Positions 18,424 through 28,596 of a stretch of 64,000 nucleotides of DNA are shown here, one piece after another. The stretch comes from Myxococcales bacterium 68-20 (GTDB lineage: Bacteria > Myxococcota_A > Polyangia > Polyangiales > Polyangiaceae): the NCBI GenBank assembly GCA_001899635.1, contig MKVQ01000029.1:15208-79207 (forward strand), given 5' to 3'. The translations under genes and the position numbers were made by a program. The first letter of the stretch is position 1. Every line of letters starts with the position of its first letter. The notes under the pieces are model-generated. The model saw only the letters and a list, made by a program, of their open reading frames with translations, did not search any database and had not been told where the DNA came from.

Positions 18424-19968
18424 GTGAGGCCGCTTCGCTCGCGCGTGGCCGTCGTCGCGATCGTGATCGCCGGCTGCGCTCGGGTCGCGGCTCCGCCCGG
18501 TCCGAGCGAGGCTGGCGCCGTCGCGTGGGCCTCCACGAACGAGGCCGATGCAAGCCCCGTCGAGAAGACGGCAGCGCTCGCCGACGCAGGCGTGGTCGCT
18601 CCTCCGGTCGCGACGCAGATCGATCCCGACGGAAACGACGACGACGAGGAGCCGGGCACCGGCAAGCTCCCCGAGGTCGCGCGCTGGGAGAAGGTCGGCA
18701 CGCCTCCGCTCGCGCTCACGCGCATCTGCGACCTCACTCCGTTTCGGGGCGCGCTCTACGCGGCACATGCGAACCAGCCGCTCGGCACCGACGGCGCGAC
18801 GATCACGCGCTACGAGCCGTCGGACACCGCGAGTCGCCAGGAAGCGAACGCAGCCGCGAGGCGTCCGTTCCGCGTCGCCTTCGACTGGAATCGCCCCGGC
18901 GAGCCGGTGAAAGGCGGCGGCGCGGGTCAAGGCTTCCTCCGCGTCCGCGCGATCGGCGGAAGGCTCTTCGTCCCCGATGCCGATCCGCCGTACGGCGGCC
19001 TCGGCGTCGTCGATTGGGGGACCGAAGGCTACGTCTTCGTGTCGAACGACAAGGGCGTGTTCGCTCCGCCTCGCGCGCCCAACTTCAAGCCGCCGGGCTT
19101 CCCCGATCTCCGCGCCGAGGCAGACCCTCGCGCGGGCGCGGGCGTGCTCCCGCGCGCCTACCACGTCATCGACGTCATCCGTTACCGCGGCGCGCTCTAC
19201 GCATCGACGGGATCGGTACCGCCGAAGGAGCGCGCGTGGAGCGGTCCATCACCGGGCGCGCTCCATCGCGCAAGCGAAGACGGCTCGAGGTGGACGTACG
19301 AGGTCGACTACCCGTACCCGTGGAAGGACGGCGTGTGGCGCCTCACGTACCTCGTTCGCTTCAAGGATCGTCTCTACGCGGGCATCCAGGACTACGCAGG
19401 ACGCGACCCGAACGACTTCGTCGTCTTCACGCCCGATGCATCGGCGGCTGACGCAGGCTCACCGACGACGCTTCGACGCGAGGACGCACGTCCGACCCGC
19501 ATCACGCGTGCGGGCGCGTCGGGCACGCTGCGGTGGTGGGTCGACACGCGCGCGAGCCCGCCACGCCTCTACTGGCTCGCATGGACGCGCGACGGCATCG
19601 TCCTCCGCGTGACGATCGACGGCGACAACTGGGCCGCGATCGATCTCCCCGAAGGCGCCGGCTCCCCCACCGACGTGACGCGATTCCGAGACGCGGTCGT
19701 CGTGCTGACCACGCAGGGGCTCTACCGAATCGACGGCGCCGCGATCGATGGGCCCGCCGACATCGCGGCGATGAGCGGCGTGGCGGATGCTGCCGCGAGG
19801 CTGATCGCACCGGTCGAAGAAGTCGGAGCGAAGGCGAAGACGAAGACGAAGACGAAATCGCCGTTCGAGGTCACCGACTTCTTCTGCACTGCTCCGCTCG
19901 CTGTGATGAACGACGTCCTCTACGCCGGCGGGCAGCGCGGCGGGACGCTCTACCGCCTGATCGAATGA
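18424..19968 (+). CDS. hypothetical lipoprotein with repeated ..(R/K)GALYA.. motif (possible beta-propeller)
   Basis: The in-frame GTG at 18424 gives MRPLRSRVAVVAIVIAGC (lipobox). The motif recurs as FRGALYAAH, YRGALYAST, FKDRLYAGI and NDVLYAGG. The first 230 codons of track ORF 17731-19968 are Arg-rich junk overlapping the previous gene. Confidence 0.6.
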   Translation: MRPLRSRVAVVAIVIAGCARVAAPPGPSEAGAVAWASTNEADASPVEKTAALADAGVVAPPVATQIDPDGNDDDEEPGTGKLPEVARWEKVGTPPLALTRICDLTPFRGALYAAHANQPLGTDGATITRYEPSDTASRQEANAAARRPFRVAFDWNRPGEPVKGGGAGQGFLRVRAIGGRLFVPDADPPYGGLGVVDWGTEGYVFVSNDKGVFAPPRAPNFKPPGFPDLRAEADPRAGAGVLPRAYHVIDVIRYRGALYASTGSVPPKERAWSGPSPGALHRASEDGSRWTYEVDYPYPWKDGVWRLTYLVRFKDRLYAGIQDYAGRDPNDFVVFTPDASAADAGSPTTLRREDARPTRITRAGASGTLRWWVDTRASPPRLYWLAWTRDGIVLRVTIDGDNWAAIDLPEGAGSPTDVTRFRDAVVVLTTQGLYRIDGAAIDGPADIAAMSGVADAAARLIAPVEEVGAKAKTKTKTKSPFEVTDFFCTAPLAVMNDVLYAGGQRGGTLYRLIE

Positions 19969-20160
19969 CCACGTGAGGTCACTGCGGCGATCTCCACTCG
20001 AGCTCGTGAACGATTCGCGCCCCAACGGCCGGCAGTGGTGCGCGTTTCGGCGCTCGTCACAATTCGACACACGTCGAAAAGAGCGGCTACGCGTGACGCC
20101 ACCACTATGGTGTTGCTGGGACGCAAAGAGGAAGGTCCCACGCTCGCTCCTGGAGACACC

Positions 20161-21039
20161 ATGACGACGAAGAACATCGACGCCCTTCCGTTGCTCTCCC
20201 GACGCCAGGCCTCGAGGGGAATCCTCCTCGCGATCGGCGGAGCTGCGCTCTTTGCTTGCGGCGGTGGCTCGACGAACGGCACTGGCGCTCAAGCTGGTAA
20301 CGGAAGCGGCAACGGAACGGGCACGGGTGACGGCAACGGCACGACGACCGATCCGGAGGGCACGACCACGGGTTCGGCAACGGAGTGGGCGAGCGGCGGT
20401 ACGAAGTCGATGACGGGGGCCAGCTCGTACCCGGATCCCTTCGCGACGCCAGCGACCGCATGCGTCCTCGCCGTGGCCGCGACCGAGGGCCCGTGCACCG
20501 AGGCGGCCGACCAGGTCCGGAAGGACATCAGCGAGGGCTACACCGGGCTCCCGATGCGCCTCGCGCTCCGCGTGGTCGACAGCTCGTGCAAGCCCATCGC
20601 CGGAGCCAAGGTGAAGGTCTGGCACACCCAGATCAGCGGCAGCTACTCGGGCGACACGCCGAACAACCAGATGTGCCTGAAGGATCGGGCAGACTCCGCG
20701 AAGCACTACTTCCGCGGGGCCCAGACGACCGACGAGAACGGGCGCGTCGACTTCGACAGCTGCTTCCCCGGTTGGTACAGGGGCCGGGCGGTGCACATCC
20801 ATTTCACCGTCTCGCTCGGCGGGCGCTCGTTCACCTCGCAGCTCGTGTTCGATCAGGATCTCGTCAACGAGATCTTCACGAACCACGCCGAGTACAAAGG
20901 CTACGGCTTGCCCGACACGACCAACAGCACCGACAACATCGTCGGGCGCGGCGACCTCGCAGGCTACACGCTGAAGACCGCACGCATGAGCGACGGAGCG
21001 ATGCTCGCGTCGAAGGACCTCGTCGTGAACCTCGCCTGA
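20161..21039 (+). CDS. TAT-exported intradiol ring-cleavage dioxygenase-family protein (protocatechuate dioxygenase-like fold)
   Basis: MTTKNIDALPLLSRRQASRGILLAIGGAALFACGGG combines a twin-arginine motif with a lipobox. Also present are PMRLALRVVD, AKVKVWHTQ and GWYRGRAVHIHF. Confidence 0.8.
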   Translation: MTTKNIDALPLLSRRQASRGILLAIGGAALFACGGGSTNGTGAQAGNGSGNGTGTGDGNGTTTDPEGTTTGSATEWASGGTKSMTGASSYPDPFATPATACVLAVAATEGPCTEAADQVRKDISEGYTGLPMRLALRVVDSSCKPIAGAKVKVWHTQISGSYSGDTPNNQMCLKDRADSAKHYFRGAQTTDENGRVDFDSCFPGWYRGRAVHIHFTVSLGGRSFTSQLVFDQDLVNEIFTNHAEYKGYGLPDTTNSTDNIVGRGDLAGYTLKTARMSDGAMLASKDLVVNLA

Positions 21040-21153
21040 CGCGCTCGCTGCCTCGGCTATTTCGATGCGGGCCGACGGCCCTTCGAGCATCCGCGATGTC
21101 CATGAGCGGGCGTGGCTTGACTTCGAGCCGACAGCCCCGAACTCTGGACGTGC

Positions 21154-21720
21154 ATGTATCGCGGCATGACGCTCGTGTGCCCGGCCTGCGGCGGGGCGCT
21201 CGAATACACGACGGCCTCGCTGCCCGTGCACGGCTGCCGTGGATGCGGCGGGATGTGGCTCGGTCCCGACGCGGCGGTGCATGTCCTCCAAGGGCGGGGC
21301 GGCGCGCTCGAGCACGAGATCGTCGAGTCGGATACGCGCGCCTCGCTGCACCCGACAGGCACGCCTACGGTGCCGGACGGCGAGGTACGCCGCTGCCCGT
21401 CATGCGCGCTCGAGATGGCTCCGCTCGTGTTCCGCGACGTCCGTGTCGACAGCTGCCCCACGCACGGGACCTGGTTCGACCGGCTCGAGCTCACACGCGT
21501 GACGAAAGCGATCGTCGACCGAAAGCGGAAGCTGCAGCGGAGCCAGGACGAGGCAGGCCTCCCGTCCCTCGACGACCTCGTCGACGATACGAAGGTCGTC
21601 GCGGGGGCCGGAGCGAAGGCGCTCGCGGGGCTCGGCGCCACGATCGTCGCGGAGCTGTGGACGTGGCTGACGAAGCACAACACCGGATGCAGTTGCCCTG
21701 AGTGCACCCGCATCCGGTGA
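21154..21720 (+). CDS. double zinc-ribbon (TFIIB-type, zf-TFIIB-like) protein
   Basis: There are two CxxC...CxxC units: CPACGG..HGCRGCGGMWL and CPSCAL..VDSCPTHGTWFD. Confidence 0.65.
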   Translation: MYRGMTLVCPACGGALEYTTASLPVHGCRGCGGMWLGPDAAVHVLQGRGGALEHEIVESDTRASLHPTGTPTVPDGEVRRCPSCALEMAPLVFRDVRVDSCPTHGTWFDRLELTRVTKAIVDRKRKLQRSQDEAGLPSLDDLVDDTKVVAGAGAKALAGLGATIVAELWTWLTKHNTGCSCPECTRIR

Positions 21721-21756
21721 TCGGCCTCCCCCTACCCGCAGCAGCCGTCGCTCGGC

Positions 21757-24327
21757 TTACTGCGTGATGTCGGCGGCGTTACGCGGCCAGATCTTGCGGT
21801 TATCGTAGGCGTAGCCGCAGATGCCGACGATCTTCTGGAACGTCGTGCCGACGGCGTAGTTGTTGTCGAGCGCATCGTAGATGTAGTCGTCGACGCGGAG
21901 GTTCGAGGTGGTCACCGCGAACTCGTCGTAGTCGCCGTTCGTGTCCGCGTTCTGCATCGACACGCTCACCGGGCCGTTCACCACGCAGAGCATCGTCTCC
22001 CACGGCTCGCCCGCAGCGCCCTTGTTCGCCGTCGACGCGTAGACCGCCGGGTCGATCACGACGGGCGTGATCCCGAGCGTCGTCCCCGAGTCCTTGACGT
22101 CCACCTTGGCGTTGGAGAGCTGGCTCAGACCGAAGAGCTCCTCGTAGTCGCCCTCGACGTCGACCTTGTTGCCGACCTTCACCGTCGGCTTCGAGCCCGG
22201 CGTCGCGACGAACATGCCGGTATACTGGGTCCCGGCCTCCTGGATGAAGAAGCCGTTCGTGCCCGAGCCCACGTCCTTCACCGCGGTGACCCAGACGTCC
22301 CGGACGATGGCGCGCGTGTCGCCCGACTTCGGGTGGCCCGGAGCGCTCGCGTTGCGGAGCTGCGCGATCGTGAAGACGCTCGGGCAGGCCTGCGACCCGG
22401 GGTTCTTGCGATCATCGCACGAGTTGCCGGCGCCGTCCTTGTCACACGCCGCGCCCTTGCCGTCGCCGTCCGCGTCGGTCTGATCGGGGTTCGCGTCCTC
22501 GGGACAGTTGTCGGTGCCGTTCGGCACGCCGTCGCCGTCCATGTCGCCCGCGCTCGGCAGCGTGCAGCTCTCGCCGCTCTCGAGCGGGCACTTGTCGCAC
22601 GCGTCGCCGATGCCGTCGCCGTCCGCGTCCGCCTGCTTCTCGCTGTCCATCGGGCGGATCGGGTTGAAGACGTCCGGGCAGTTGTCGCTCGCGTCGGGCA
22701 CGCCGTCACCGTCCTTGTCGCCGGCGGCGATCGCCGAGTAGACGGACACCTTCGGCTGACCGGCGGTGGGGCCACGCGCGGGGAGGCAGCTCGGCTCGTT
22801 GGTCGGGACCTCGTCCTTGCAGAAGAAGAGCGGATAGACCGCGTCGGCGGCCGTCTGCAGATCGGCGAGCGTCTTCTTGCCGAGGTCCTTCTTCACGCAC
22901 GCCTTCTTCGCGACCTTGCAGACAGTGATGTCCTCGCAGTCCGCGCCGCCGCCCGCGCTCTCTTCCTTCACGATGTTGGCATCGCCGTAGAGCGCCTTGC
23001 CGCCACGAAGGACGAGGATCGTATCCTCGACGCCCGCCTCGATCACCGCGCGGTATGCGTTCTTCTTGGCGGTGCCGTCGAAGATGGCGATGTCGCCGGT
23101 GTAGCCCGGCTTGAGCTGACCGAGCGCGTGCGACGCGCCCACGGCGAACGCCGCGTTGATCGTCACGGCCTGCCAGAGCTGCTTGTCGCTCAGCTTGTTG
23201 CCGAAGTACTTGGTGTTCAGCTCGTCGGCGCAGCGAAGCTCGCGCGACATGTTCATCGAGCCGGACGGGAGCCAGTCGGTCCCGAGCGCGATCGGAACAC
23301 CGAGGTTGTCGTAGAGCGCGACCGGCGCCGTGTTGCCATAGAGGTCGACGTTCGAACGAGGCGACCAGACGAGGATCGAAAGGTCGCTCCGGTAGCGCGC
23401 GACGTCGGCGGGGTTGACTGCCATACCGTGCACGACCGCGGTCTGGCGCTCGATCAGGTCATGCGCGGCGTCGTCCTGGTTCGCGTTGCTCTGACAGACG
23501 AACTCCGCGTGCGCCGAGTGGTCGATGCCCTCGGAGATGTGCGGGAGGTAGCCCTTGAGGTTCGCGATCGAGGCGGCCGTCCTGCGCTTGGCCGGGAACC
23601 CGTCGCACGTCGTCGGGAACGTGCTGCTGCTGCCGTCGGCGAGCGGGAACGTGTCGCTGTCGGCGGTCGCCATCCTCAGACCGTCCTCGAACAGCGCCGG
23701 GCTGCCGTCGACGTTGCGCACGAGGCCAGCCACACCGCCGGCGCCCGCGATCGCCGTGACGCCGCTCATCACGAAGCGGAGCTCGGCGGCGTCGACCGCG
23801 TTCGCGACGCTCTTCGCGCCGGTGCTGATCTTCGTGTGCTGGCGGTAGCCCTTGCGCCAGTCGTGGCGGTGCTCGTAACGCTCCTGCGTCGGCTTGTGGG
23901 GCGGGTTGTTCGCGAACGAGATGTGATCGTGGGGGTTGATCAGGCCGGGTGAGACGACCGCATCGGTGCAGTCGATCTTCGTCGCGCTCGCGTACCCCGC
24001 GGTGCTCGAGCAGCTCTTGGCGGCGCAGGCGATCACGCCCGTCTTGTCGATGAAGACCTCTCCGCCCTCGACCACGCTCTCCGGAAGCAGGAGCGTCGCC
24101 TTGATGACCTTCCCCGCGTCACCCGGGGTGCTCACCTTGCAGAACCCCCGCTTGCCACCGTTGCTCGGATCCGTCGGGTCGCCGTCGTCGTTGGGATTGG
24201 GCTCCTGATCGCCCGGCTTCTCGCCGTCGTCGCCCGGGTTCGTCCCCGAGGGATTCTCCTGGTCGGCACAGGCTGCGACGAGGATGGCCACGACCGGCAG
24301 TGCAGTGAGGAAATTACGTAGGCTCAT
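21757..24327 (-). CDS. lipoprotein amidohydrolase fused to thrombospondin type-3 Ca-binding repeats and a C-terminal OB-like module
   Basis: The start MSLRNFLTALPVVAILVAAC is at 24327. The amidohydrolase metal motif is GLINPHDHISF, with a later ..ALGTDW... TSP3 repeats DKDGDGVPDASDNCPDVFNP, DADGDGIGDACDKCP, DMDGDGVPNGTDNCPEDANPDQTDADGDG are encoded at about 22430-22720. The C-terminal part reads ..FFIQEAG..GMFV...VGNKVDVEGDYEELFGLSQL. Confidence 0.85.
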   Translation of the reverse strand: MSLRNFLTALPVVAILVAACADQENPSGTNPGDDGEKPGDQEPNPNDDGDPTDPSNGGKRGFCKVSTPGDAGKVIKATLLLPESVVEGGEVFIDKTGVIACAAKSCSSTAGYASATKIDCTDAVVSPGLINPHDHISFANNPPHKPTQERYEHRHDWRKGYRQHTKISTGAKSVANAVDAAELRFVMSGVTAIAGAGGVAGLVRNVDGSPALFEDGLRMATADSDTFPLADGSSSTFPTTCDGFPAKRRTAASIANLKGYLPHISEGIDHSAHAEFVCQSNANQDDAAHDLIERQTAVVHGMAVNPADVARYRSDLSILVWSPRSNVDLYGNTAPVALYDNLGVPIALGTDWLPSGSMNMSRELRCADELNTKYFGNKLSDKQLWQAVTINAAFAVGASHALGQLKPGYTGDIAIFDGTAKKNAYRAVIEAGVEDTILVLRGGKALYGDANIVKEESAGGGADCEDITVCKVAKKACVKKDLGKKTLADLQTAADAVYPLFFCKDEVPTNEPSCLPARGPTAGQPKVSVYSAIAAGDKDGDGVPDASDNCPDVFNPIRPMDSEKQADADGDGIGDACDKCPLESGESCTLPSAGDMDGDGVPNGTDNCPEDANPDQTDADGDGKGAACDKDGAGNSCDDRKNPGSQACPSVFTIAQLRNASAPGHPKSGDTRAIVRDVWVTAVKDVGSGTNGFFIQEAGTQYTGMFVATPGSKPTVKVGNKVDVEGDYEELFGLSQLSNAKVDVKDSGTTLGITPVVIDPAVYASTANKGAAGEPWETMLCVVNGPVSVSMQNADTNGDYDEFAVTTSNLRVDDYIYDALDNNYAVGTTFQKIVGICGYAYDNRKIWPRNAADITQ

Positions 24328-24469
24328 GTAGGTTTCCTGCGGAGGTCGGGCACTATAGCTGCGGCTTTTCGGGGTGCACGTGGCAAGCACGTAACCTCTC
24401 GGAATCCAACAGGTCTCGTCTAGGTCTCACAGTGTGGGCGGAAGATGAAAGTGCCCGGATTCGCTTGCG

Positions 24470-26008
24470 TTGCAGCGCGCGCCCTCTAAAGAGCAGGCGG
24501 TGGGAAGTACGAGCGAACACATCCGGCAGCGGCTAGCCGACGAGATCGGCCGGCTGGACAAGCAGGCGCCGGTCACCGTCGCGCTTCTCTATCCATCGCC
24601 GTACGCCGCTGCGATGAGCTCGCTCGGCTACCAGCGCATCTATCGCGCGATCAACGAAGCATCCGGCCTCGCAGCCGAGCGGGTGGTGCTCGACGACGAC
24701 GCCGAAGGAAAGCTCGCGCTCCAGTCGCGACCGATCAGCTACGAGTCACGCCGCGGCCTCGACGAGTACCCGATCGTCGCGGCAAGCATCGCCTACGAAG
24801 GCGAGATCGCCGGCTTCCTCCGCATGCTCGAGGCCGCCGGGATCCCGCCGCTTCGATCCGAGCGCGACGAGCGTCACCCGTTCGTGCTCGCGGGCGGTCC
24901 CCTCACCTTCTCGAACCCGCTGCCGCTCGCGCCCTTCTGCGACGCTATCGTGGTCGGCGAGGCCGAGGTGATCGTCGTCGACGTCATCCGCACGATCGAG
25001 GGCTCCTCGCGTCGCATCGACGCCTGGGACGCCCTCGCGAAGATCCCGCACGTCTTCGTTCCATCGCATCACGGCGAGATCCTCCCGACGGTGGCGAAGG
25101 TGCCCGACGAGCTCTTGCCGGCGTGGGCGCCGATCCGGACGCCACACACGGTGCTCTCGAACATGTTCCTCGTCGAGACCGAGCGCGGCTGCTCGCGTCG
25201 CTGCACCTACTGCGTGATGCGGCGCTCGACGAACGGCGGGATGCGCCTCGTGTCGATGGAACGGATCCTCGAGCTCGTCCCGGAGGACGCGCGCCGCGTC
25301 GGCCTCGTCGGGGCCGCCGTGAGCGATCATCCCAAGGTCGTCCCGCTGATCAACGCGCTCGCCGATCGAGGATGCGAGGTCGGCCTCTCGTCGCTCCGCC
25401 CCGACCGCCTGAACGACGACTTCGTCGCCGCGCTCCGTCGCGGAGGCCAGGGCGTGCTCACGACCGCGATGGACGGCCCGAGCGAAAAGATGCGCGAGCT
25501 CCTCGAGCGAAAAGCGAAGGAGAAGCACCTGATCCGTTGCGCCGAGCTGACGAGGCGCCACGGAATGGACCGCCTGAAGCTCTACTTGATGATCGGTCTG
25601 CCCGGAGAGAGCGACGACGACATCGACGAGTGCATCCGCTTCACCACGGAGCTGACGAAGATCGCGCCCGTCGCCCTCGGGATCGCGCCGTTCTGCGCGA
25701 AGCGCAACACTCCGCTCGACGGCCAGCCGTTCGCCGGGATCGACGTCGTCGATCGACGACTCGATCGGCTGCGCCGCGGGCTCCGCGGACGGGCAGACGT
25801 CCGCTCGACGAGCGCGAAGTGGGCGTGGGTCGAATACGTCCTGGCGCAAGGCGGACCGGCCGAAGGGCTCGCGACGCTCGAAGCCTCGCGCGACGGCGGC
25901 AACTTCGCCGCCTACCGACGCGCGTTCGCGAAGCTCGGCATCGGCGACGGCAAGGCGCCTTCGTCCGGCGGACCGCGCCGGCGCAGCCTCGCGATCGCCG
26001 CAGTGTGA
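24470..26008 (+). CDS. radical SAM protein with N-terminal B12-binding-like domain (TIGR03960-like)
   Basis: ERGCSRRCTYCVMRR is the CX3CX2C cluster. The N-terminus reads VALLYPSPYAAAMSSLGYQRIYRAIN. The start codon is uncertain: TTG 24470 or GTG near 24500. Confidence 0.85.
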   Translation: MQRAPSKEQAVGSTSEHIRQRLADEIGRLDKQAPVTVALLYPSPYAAAMSSLGYQRIYRAINEASGLAAERVVLDDDAEGKLALQSRPISYESRRGLDEYPIVAASIAYEGEIAGFLRMLEAAGIPPLRSERDERHPFVLAGGPLTFSNPLPLAPFCDAIVVGEAEVIVVDVIRTIEGSSRRIDAWDALAKIPHVFVPSHHGEILPTVAKVPDELLPAWAPIRTPHTVLSNMFLVETERGCSRRCTYCVMRRSTNGGMRLVSMERILELVPEDARRVGLVGAAVSDHPKVVPLINALADRGCEVGLSSLRPDRLNDDFVAALRRGGQGVLTTAMDGPSEKMRELLERKAKEKHLIRCAELTRRHGMDRLKLYLMIGLPGESDDDIDECIRFTTELTKIAPVALGIAPFCAKRNTPLDGQPFAGIDVVDRRLDRLRRGLRGRADVRSTSAKWAWVEYVLAQGGPAEGLATLEASRDGGNFAAYRRAFAKLGIGDGKAPSSGGPRRRSLAIAAV

Positions 26009-26147
26009 TTCGAGCGAGCGGGCTCCAGGGGCGTGATCGCTCGGTGACAGAACGGTTCGTGTTGCGGATGAACTAGATGCCTCGCCCGCGAAGGCTTGCG
26101 AGCCGGTGATGAGAGGGGTTACTCACCACTCGGAGGTCGCGATCACG

Positions 26148-27842
26148 ATGAACATGCCTGCGCGGACGATGCCATACGAGGTCTCGGTGAAGGGACCGGA
26201 TCTCCTGCGCGACCCGCTCCTGAACAAGGGCACCGCCTTCTCCGAGAGCGAGCGCGATGCGTTCGACCTCCACGGGCTCCTGCCGCCGCACGTGGGTACG
26301 CTCGAGGGACAGATCGACCGCCGCTTGAAGGCGTTCCGCGCGATACAGACGCCGTTCGACAAGTACGTCTTCCTCCGCGATCTGCAGGATACGAACGAGA
26401 CACTCTTCTATGCGCTGCTCGGCGGCCATCTCGAAGAGATGCTCCCGATCGTCTACACGCCGACGGTCGGGGAAGCGTGCGAGCGGTTCAGCGACCACTA
26501 CGCGAAGCCGCGCGGTCTCTTCATCAGCTGGCCGAAGCGCGACTGCATCGAGCAGATTCTCTCCTCGCCGCGGCTCGATCCGACGCAGGTGATCGTCGTC
26601 AGTGACGGTGAGCGCATCCTCGGTCTCGGCGATCAGGGGGCGGGCGGGATGGGCATCCCGATCGGCAAGCTCTCGCTCTACACCGCCTGCGCCGGGATCC
26701 ATCCGGCGCGAACGCTCCCGATCTTGCTCGACGTCGGCACCGACAACGAGGAACGCCTGGGCGATCCGCTCTACGTCGGCTGGCGTCAGCGGCGCGTGCG
26801 CGGGCAGGAATACGACGACTTCGTCGAGGCCTTCGTCAGCGCGGTGACCCGCCGCTGGCCGAACGTGCTCCTCCAGTGGGAGGACTTCGCGCGCCAGAAC
26901 GCCGGCCGTCTGATCGAGCGCTACCGCGATCGGCTCTGCACGTTCAACGACGACATCCAGGGCACCGCGGCGGTCGCCGCCGGTACACTGCTCGCGGCGA
27001 TCCACGCGACCGGCGGATCGATGCGCGATCAGCGGATCGTCATCTTCGGCGCGGGCACGGCGGGCATGGGGATCGCGACGCTGCTCATCCGCTTGATGAT
27101 GAGCGAAGGGATCCCCGAGGCCGAGGCGCGGCGCGCGTTCTACGCCGTGGACCGCACGGGGCTCCTCCTCGCCGACACACCCGACCTGCTCGACTTCCAG
27201 CGGCCGTTCGCGCAGTCACGCGATGCGATCGCGGGCTGGTCGCTCCAGCAGCCGGGCCAGGTCGGGCTCCTCGACGTGATGAACAACGCACGGCCGACGA
27301 CGTTGATCGGCGTCTCCGGGCAGCCAGGTGCCTTCAGCGAGCCCGTCGTCCGCGCGATGGCGCGCGGCGTGAAGCGCCCGGTCATCTTCCCGCTCTCGAA
27401 CCCGACGTCGCGGAGCGAAGCGAGCCCGCACGATCTGCTCGCATGGACGGAGGAGCGCGCGATCGTCGGCACCGGAAGCCCGTTCCCACCGGTGACGCGA
27501 CGGGGCCAGCCCTTCCGCACCGATCAGACGAACAACTCGTACGTCTTCCCCGGCATCGGGCTCGGGGTCCTCGCGGTGGGAGCGCGACGCGTCTCGGACG
27601 CGATGTTCGAGGCCGCGGCCCGTGCCCTCGCGGCCGCCTCTCCCGCGCGGCTGGATCCGGACGGTCCGCTCCTCCCGCCGGTGACCGCGCTGCGCTCCGT
27701 CGCGCGCATCGTCGCCGGCGCGGTCGCTCGTGCAGCGCGGGCGGAGGGACACTGTCCGCCGCTCGACGACGTCGAGATCGACGCGCGCATCGATCTGACG
27801 ATGTGGCGGCCGAGGTACCAGCCGTACCGGTACACCGGCTGA
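26148..27842 (+). CDS. maeA: NAD(P)-dependent malic enzyme (large SfcA/MaeA type)
   Basis: LLNKGTAFSESER, VYTPTVGEAC, FNDDIQGTAAV and FGAGTAGMGIA. ATG 26148 is preceded by ggagg. Confidence 0.9.
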   Translation: MNMPARTMPYEVSVKGPDLLRDPLLNKGTAFSESERDAFDLHGLLPPHVGTLEGQIDRRLKAFRAIQTPFDKYVFLRDLQDTNETLFYALLGGHLEEMLPIVYTPTVGEACERFSDHYAKPRGLFISWPKRDCIEQILSSPRLDPTQVIVVSDGERILGLGDQGAGGMGIPIGKLSLYTACAGIHPARTLPILLDVGTDNEERLGDPLYVGWRQRRVRGQEYDDFVEAFVSAVTRRWPNVLLQWEDFARQNAGRLIERYRDRLCTFNDDIQGTAAVAAGTLLAAIHATGGSMRDQRIVIFGAGTAGMGIATLLIRLMMSEGIPEAEARRAFYAVDRTGLLLADTPDLLDFQRPFAQSRDAIAGWSLQQPGQVGLLDVMNNARPTTLIGVSGQPGAFSEPVVRAMARGVKRPVIFPLSNPTSRSEASPHDLLAWTEERAIVGTGSPFPPVTRRGQPFRTDQTNNSYVFPGIGLGVLAVGARRVSDAMFEAAARALAAASPARLDPDGPLLPPVTALRSVARIVAGAVARAARAEGHCPPLDDVEIDARIDLTMWRPRYQPYRYTG

Positions 27843-27886
27843 CTCCTCTGCACCTCGGGGATATCCGAATCCAGCACGAGATTGCC

Positions 27887-28335
27887 TCACCGGGCCCGAG
27901 CTCGGAGCTTCCACCGGCCGACGGCTCGGCAGCCCGAGGACCAGGCCGCCCTCGTGTCGGCCTCGCCGCCATCCGTCGCCCGCGCCCATTCGACCGTCTG
28001 AGCGATCGCGTCGTCCCCCATGGCGTGGGCCCGAAGCCGAACGCGGCACGGAACTTCGCGTCCTCGACGACGAAGGGCTGACGCCACTGGTAGGTCATCT
28101 CGGCCACCTCCCGAATCGTCGGTTGGAAGACGCCCACCGCGCGAAGGACCCATGAAGGAACACGCGTAATCGAGATCTCGCGGCCGAGCGCGCGAGCAAA
28201 TCGGCCGATGACGGCGCGGGTGCTCTCGGCGGGTTGGACCGGCAGCATCCAGACGCCACGCGCTTCGCTCCGTGCACCGAGCGCGACGAGACCGGCAGCA
28301 ACGTCCGGCGTGAACGACTCGACGCAAGCGTCGGC
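27887..28335 (-). pseudogene. C-terminal remnant of an SDR-family NAD-dependent epimerase/dehydratase, N-terminally truncated and frameshifted
   Basis: The minus strand reads ..FTPDVAAGLVALGARSEARGVWMLPVQPAESTRAVIGRFARALGREISITRVPSWVLRAVGVFQPTIREVAEMTYQWRQPFVVEDAKFRAAFGFGPTP. The sense then continues in another frame (..MGDDAIAQTVEWARA..) after the C5 run at about 28015-28019. There is no Rossmann GxxGxxG region upstream. Confidence 0.5.
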
Positions 28336-28596
28336 TATGCGGATCTCACACTCCGCGAAGCCGACCTCGCGATCCGCACCACGCGGCCGACGAGCGGTGA
28401 GCTCGTCGCGGTGAAGCTCGCCATGGCACCGGTGGTCGCCCTCGCTTCTCCTGCATACGCGCGCTCGCTCGGGAAGCTCCGGTCTCTGGACGACGCGCGC
28501 TGGATCGTGTTGGCCGGCGACCTCGCGCACCTTCCAGAGGCCGCCTGGCTACGCAAGCACGCACCGAAGGCAACGGTGGTGCTGCGGCGCAGCTCA
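28315..28596 (+). pseudogene. internal fragment of a LysR-family regulator (substrate-binding domain only; no HTH, no C-terminus)
   Basis: The plus strand reads RLDASVGYADLTLREADLAIRTTRPTSGELVAVKLAMAPVVALASPAYARSLGKLRSLDDARWIVLAGDLAHLPEAAWLRKHAPKATVVL. It lacks any upstream wHTH, and similarity is lost after about 28596. Confidence 0.5.

Noticed and set aside
19837-19854. Short tandem repeats ((AAGACG)3 here; (GAC)7 at 17916-17936; the 42-bp and 10-bp duplications) considered as a possible CRISPR or minisatellite array
   Set aside because: There are no repeat-spacer periodicities of 25-40 nt anywhere. These are in-frame codon repeats or single duplications, not CRISPR.
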